Shown here piece by piece: positions 59,001 to 64,000 of a stretch of DNA of 64,000 nucleotides. Where the stretch lies: contig OZ218950.1 of the NCBI GenBank assembly GCA_965112735.1, positions 124,001 through 188,000 on the forward strand. Reading direction: 5' to 3'. Below the pieces are notes generated by a model. That model did not search any database. It saw only the letters and a list, made by a program, of their open reading frames with translations, and was not told where the DNA came from. The first letter of the stretch is position 1, and each line of letters begins with the position of its first letter. A program made the position numbers and the translations under genes. The stretch is from Phaeosaccion multiseriatum. Taxonomy: Eukaryota > Protista > Ochrophyta, other classes.

Positions 59001-62000
59001 CCTCTCTGGTGACGTCGTTGCCATTCTCGGGGTGCTCCTGCACCTGGGTTCTGGCGTACTCCCTGGCTGCTGCTGCTGCTGTGTTGATCTCTTCGAGGCT
59101 CTCGTCGACGTGCGCTTGCTGGAGGCGTCTAAAGGTCTCGTGTGTGGGAGGGAGGTGGCCGTCTCTGCTCTTTGTGCTGAGCCTCGCCGCGGCCTTGTGC
59201 AGGCCTCCGGGTTTGGTGAGCAGGTGGGCGCAGGTTTCTCTCCGTCGCTCCTCTGTCTGTGCCTGTGCTGGGGGTGGTGGGCGGCGTGCGTGTGCTGTGG
59301 CTATCGCTGCTTGTGCGAGTGGGGCGATGTCGAGGTCGAGGACCATCTGTATCCGCTGCTGGCGGCTGTAGGCTCCGTCTTTAGAGAAGAGCATGGCAGG
59401 GAGGAGGTGGTGGAAGACATCCCATGCCAGAAGGGTGTGGAGGGTGGCGTCGGTGGGGCCGTTCTTGTGGGCCCTCAGCGCCCTGTTCCAGTTGTTGAGC
59501 GCTCTTTGCTGTAAGCTGATAATCGAGCTGACGTGGCGGGGGTTGCACTGCGCTACTGTCTCAAACACGAGTGTTGAGAGGATGGTACCCTGCGGGTCCA
59601 GGGCCCCTAGGCGGAGGACGTTTGGGTGCTGCATGGGCCATCCTTCCTCGGGTGTATCGTCGTTGGCTGGCCCTTCTCCGTCCCCTCCGTCCCCGCCGCT
59701 ACCTCCTTGGCCTCTGCTCCGTCCTCCTCCCCCTCGTCTCGCTGCTGCTGCTGTGGTTCCTTGCGTGCGTGTGCTATCTCCCCCTGCCCTTTCTCTCTGA
59801 GGTCCCCTCTCTGCTGCTGCTCCTTGTCCGTTTCCTTCCCCCTCCCTCGTCCTCCTCTTCCTCCTTCTACTCCACTTGGCGCTGCTGCGATTGCTCCTCC
59901 TCCTCCTCCTCCTCCTCCTCCTTCCGCGTGCCCTCGCCCTCCTCCTCTGCCCGTGGGGGTGGTGGGTTGGTACGGGTTGAGCCTGGCCGTTGCTGTCGTG
60001 TGCTGGGGCGTTGCCGTACGCGACGGGTCCTCGTTTGGGTCTGGGCCTAGATAGGCGTTCTCGAGGTCGTTGAGGGGGCCTTGGTAGGCCGATGCTGCGT
60101 TGCCTTGGGTGAGGATGGTCCTGAGGGCGGGGATGGCTCGTTGAGCTTGGTAGCCAGCCATGCAGCCTTGCGCGGGGCAGGGGAGGTTGCCTGGTGGTAT
60201 GACGGGCTGCTGGTTGGCTCTCCTCAGTGTGGCTTGGTCGTTCAGGTGGTGAAGGAGGCACGCGGGGTGAACGGTGTGTTGGCAGCGTCGGGTGCGTACT
60301 GGCCACTCCGTGGTTGGTGCGATGAAAGGGGGGTCCGCGTCTGACATGCATATGCAGCATATCGGGGCTGGGGGGGCGGTAGGTTGGGGTGGGGGTGTGT
60401 GTCGGGTGGTGGGGGGTGGCTGGGACTGGCGGCGTCGCCCTTGGCTGGCCTGCGCGTGCTGCTGATGCGACTCTCTGCGCTCCCTCGCTAGGCGATCCCT
60501 TGCGCGGCCCATAGCTCTCCCTCCTTGTGCTGTGATGGCCTGCTCGATCATGTGCCGGTAGCAGGGGTTGCGGCAGTAGGGGCAGAGGTGGTCGTTGCGG
60601 TTGGGGTACCTGCTCATGACTCCCAATGCGCAGTGGTTGTGCACGTGATGTTCGCCTTCGTGCATGGCGACTTGTGCTTGGCCAGTGAGCGGTTCCATAC
60701 ACACCGGGCAGTTGGGTAGCTCCTCGTTGTTGGTGGGGTCGCCTCCTCCTTCTCCTTCGTCACCTCCTCCCGCTGCTTGCCCTTCCCCTCCTTCTGCCGC
60801 TGCTTCCCGTGCCAGTGCTGGGCGCTCTCCTCCGCCTCTGCTGTTTTCGCCCTCTTCCCCCCCTGCTACTACTCTTCCTTCGCGGTCTCCTCGTCCCCCT
60901 CCCCTGTGTCCCGCTCGCTCTCCTCTCCCTCCTCCCTCCTGGTCGTGCTCTCGTGTAGTGTCTGTCCCACCTGCTCTTGTCGGTGGGGGCATGCTTCGAG
61001 CTCGTTGGATGGTTGGCGGTGCTGGTAGGCTTGCGGCTTCGTGTGCTCGTATGCAGGCGTTGCATAGGGGTTGTCGTAGGCCTGATTGCGGGAAGCGGGT
61101 AAGGAAGGATCTGCCGGAGTTTCGGTGGGCCAGGTTGCCGCATCCACTTGTGCAGTCCCGGAGCTGGTACGTATTATTCTGTGGTCCGCTCTGTGGGCCG
61201 TTGGCGCGGTACCACAGGATTGACGCGGCCTGGGGGTGGTGTTCGCGCATCCATCGGTCCCACTCTCTGCCGCGGTTCGGGTGGTGGCTCGACTGGTGCC
61301 TGATGAGGCGGTCTCTTGTGTTGCCTACCGTGACGAAGGTGTCGTGGCATTCGCCAAAGTTGCAGAGGATGCCCCCTTGAATGTTTCCATTGTCGGGGTG
61401 TCTTCGGTACACTCGGGCGTTGTTGGGGTTGTCCTCCGGTGTTGGTGGGCTGGGTGTGGTTGCGTCGCTTTGGGCGGGGGGTGGTGGCGGTCCTGGTGCG
61501 GTTCCCCGGGGGGCCTGTCTCGTGCGTAGGGCGAGGGCTTGCCCCGGCGCCCACCACGGTGTGGCCATGGTGTTGGCGAAGGGGGAGGTGGTGGTGTTGT
61601 TGGTGTGGTCGCGTAGGGCGTGGCCGTAGCGCTCAACGATGGCTTGGACGTCGGGTAATACCGCGATGAGTTCCTCCTGTCGTGAGGCGGTGATGTAGTC
61701 GTTGACCAACTCGTTGGAGGTGATCTCTTGGCCTGCGAGCGTGTGGGCATAGGCCTCCACGATCTGTTGCCATCCAAGGGGGTAATCTCCTCCCCCATGT
61801 GGTCTTCCGGGGGTGGTGGGGGGGCCTCCGCTCCTTAGAGCTTGTCTGAGGAGGGGCATATAGAAGTGCGAGTTGGTAGGCGGGAGCGCCGCGTCGCGCT
61901 GGTGGCGTATGGTGTTGCTCCATGTCGTTGGTGCGTGTCCATGCGTGTCTGTTTCGAGTGATGCTGTCTCTTCCTCGTGCGTCGTGGGGGGTGGTCGTAC

Positions 62001-62808
62001 GAGGTCGGCGATGGCCTCGGCCGTGTTGTGGTGGGTCAGTTCCGTCGCGGTGAGGTTTAGGCTTGCGAACTCAGCGCTGATGCGTCGGCTGGCGGATGCT
62101 GGCGCTTGTTCGTTGAAGAAGAGGTTCGGGTGTTGCCGTATGGGGGTCGTGGCTGTGAGGTGGGTGTCTTCGTATTCGTCTTGGAGGATGGAGACGATTT
62201 GCTCTGTGATCCCGTGTGCGTTTCTGTGAGTTGACGCGTTGGTGGTTTGGGCTGGATCTGAGGCTCGGAAAGTGGCGGTTGGCCTTTCCGGGCTGCGTGC
62301 TCGGGGGGTCCTGCTTCGTCCCCTTGGCCTCGTGGTTGGCTGCATGGGTGCTGGGCTGGTCGCTGTGGGGGGTGGTGCTGTTGTAGGGCCTGTTGTCTCG
62401 CTGGCGGGCGTGGTAGATCTCCTGGCGGCTGGTGCTGTTTGTTGCCGTGTCGTTGAGATCGGTTGTGGTTGCTGCTGCTGGGGGTGGGCTTCCGCTGCTG
62501 TTGCTGTGGGTTCCGTGAGTGCTGGTGGGAGCTGTGGGTCCTGCGGGAGGGTGTTGCGGGGTGCTGCGGCCGCTGGTGGAGCCGTGATGGGGGTGGGCAC
62601 GCCTTCCCGTGCTGGTGTTTGGCGAATTGCTGCTGCCGCTGCCCGTCTCTCCCTTCTTTCGAGCCGCTGCTGATCGCGGCTCATAGGTGGCTCCTGCTGG
62701 GTTGCTGTGAGGTTTGCTGGTGTCTCCTGGGCTCCGGGGGGCCGCGTGGCCCCCCTGTCGTCCCCTTCCATGGTGGCCCTGTCTTAAGCAGAAAAAAAAG
62801 AAGGGTGT
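56065..62808 (-). mobile_element. Apparently full-length (6744 bp) CRE-like non-LTR retrotransposon with restriction-like endonuclease
   Basis: Exact TSD GGGGTGCGAGA at 56054-56064 and 62809-62819, RT and RLE motifs, no LTRs or TIRs. Confidence 0.93.
56388..62771 (-). CDS. Retrotransposon polyprotein (~2100 aa): C2H2 finger, 2 RING fingers, reverse transcriptase, CCHC knuckle, PD-(D/E)xK endonuclease; 3 frameshifts
   Basis: RT motifs: KARPV, QLAVAVRGG, LHDITKAYTRVSR, GVNQGAPEGPLMF, AYADD, GLEFNERKT, GIPVG, GGLGL..APAAY. RLE motifs: C..C..H...C, RMDLT, LCDITVTNP, EERKRTHY, IETYGRLG. Frames change at purine or homopolymer runs near 59845, 57795 and 57638. Confidence 0.88.
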
Positions 62809-64000
62809 GGGGTGCGAGAAGCATCGGAAGCAAGGTGGGATGTGCGAGAGGCATGCACGAGTGAAGAGGGAGGGAGCGGAGCAGAAGGAGGAGAATGCCC
62901 GTTGTACGCCTGTGCCCAAGCGAGGAGCTGCGGAGGACATCAATGGGAGAGGAAGGAAGAGGGCAAAATGCGCCCCTTCAATGCCTGAGGGAGAGGAGGA
63001 GAGGAAGGAGGAAGGGAAGGAGGCACTGGAGGATGGGAATGGGGTGGGTTTGCTTTCGGGGCTGGGGCTTCATGTCGGGGACGAGGTTCAACTGCCCTGT
63101 GACCTGTGGAGAGGGCTGGAAGATGGCGGGGCTGATGCTGCCACGGCCTTCTGCGGTCGTCGGGACAGGGAGCTATCGAATGGCGTGGTGGTGGCTGTGG
63201 GCCGGAGTAAAGTGTTGCTGCTGCCCCACCTCGCTGTGCGCACAAAGAGGAAGGGGGCGAGCCTGGAGAGCATGATCCGAGGCTTTGCGTCTGCCTACCA
63301 CCGCTATCGCTCAGGAGAAGTAGGGGAGGATGATGATGACGACAAGCTGAAGGAGGAGTGGGCGGTGCTGGAGGAGAGCATGGTGACGGCGAGTGAGAAG
63401 AAGAGGCGCGGACGGAAGGCGCTGCGAGCGTGCGTGCGTGTGGAGGGCTCTGCTGCGGATACCTCGGGACTTGGGATTTAGTGACCCGATGGCCTTAATC
63501 CGCAGTGAAGCTTGGCACGTGCAATGGGCGAACCGTAGAGTAAGTCAATTGAAGTGAATTGCCCCACCCACTCGCCACACACTGTGCTTCATTTGGGGGG
63601 GGGGGGGGGGGGCGAACGAATGGTTTTAACATTCACAATGGACTTGGCAGCCTACGGGCACGCTGTGTGTGTCACTTGGCGCTGGAGCTGCAGAGATGAC
63701 TTGGCACGACATCGGTTACAGGTATAGAAGGAAGGCTTGATGGTAGATGGATGGCACACAGAATCCGAGGAGGGGGCTTGGAAGTGACTTGAAGACGAGG
63801 CTCGCTGGGGGGATGGGGCACGTAAGCTTACTTGATGATCAGTGTATGGATTGATTGATTGATTGATTGCACTCCCTCTCGTGTCTACTGCAGCCCTGCC
63901 CCGTGTGTGTGTGTGTGTGTGTGTGAAGAGAGGAGTCAAGTCCAGGCATGGCCGCAAAGTCAGGCGTGGACTCGTCTCCTCTCTGCACATCACCCCACTT

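Larger units (their letters stand above)
54781..63481 (+). pseudogene. Tandem C-x4-C-x9-C-x2-H ('WRKY19-like') zinc-finger gene interrupted by two retrotransposon insertions
   Basis: Seven intact units CTVEGC.K...QGG.C..HG at 54799-55335. Units 8 and 9 are split by insertions. Removing both insertions and one TSD copy each gives in-frame CTVEGCDKRGVQGGLCLAHGAVTKRCTVEGCEKHRKQGGMCERHA... to the stop at 63481. An extra frameshift lies at ~55345 and no clean 5' start is visible. Confidence 0.85.

Overview
GC-rich, intron- and microsatellite-rich eukaryotic nuclear DNA. It most likely comes from a photosynthetic stramenopile (ochrophyte), given an LHCF gene and ASAFAP-type plastid presequences. 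About 12 host genes are recognisable: a CRC/LIN54-like factor, MoaC/CNX3, an extended CWC2, TFIIH p44, a prominin/tweety-like 5-TM protein, an aldo-keto reductase, LHCF, a START-like protein, a PPR protein, an FdC2-like ferredoxin, a giant FYVE-domain protein and a Rid-family protein. There is also an FNIP-repeat pseudogene. The main discovery is a CRE-like (RT plus restriction-like endonuclease) non-LTR retrotransposon inserted twice, independently and antisense, at the same nucleotide of two adjacent units of a tandem C-x4-C-x9-C-x2-H zinc-finger coding array. Each copy has its own 11-bp target-site duplication, and the ORF carries two RING fingers. Second, an 11-bp motif GTATCACCAAC occurs about 21 times exactly, on both strands, in exons (three different peptide readings) and introns of three unrelated genes. 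Third, a ~6.0-8.9 kb island holds a 301-nt rod/dumbbell concatemer, a 77-bp-arm hairpin and a (TGAGGG)n tract. Exon boundaries and counts were read by eye. Several frameshifts at homopolymers may be assembly errors.
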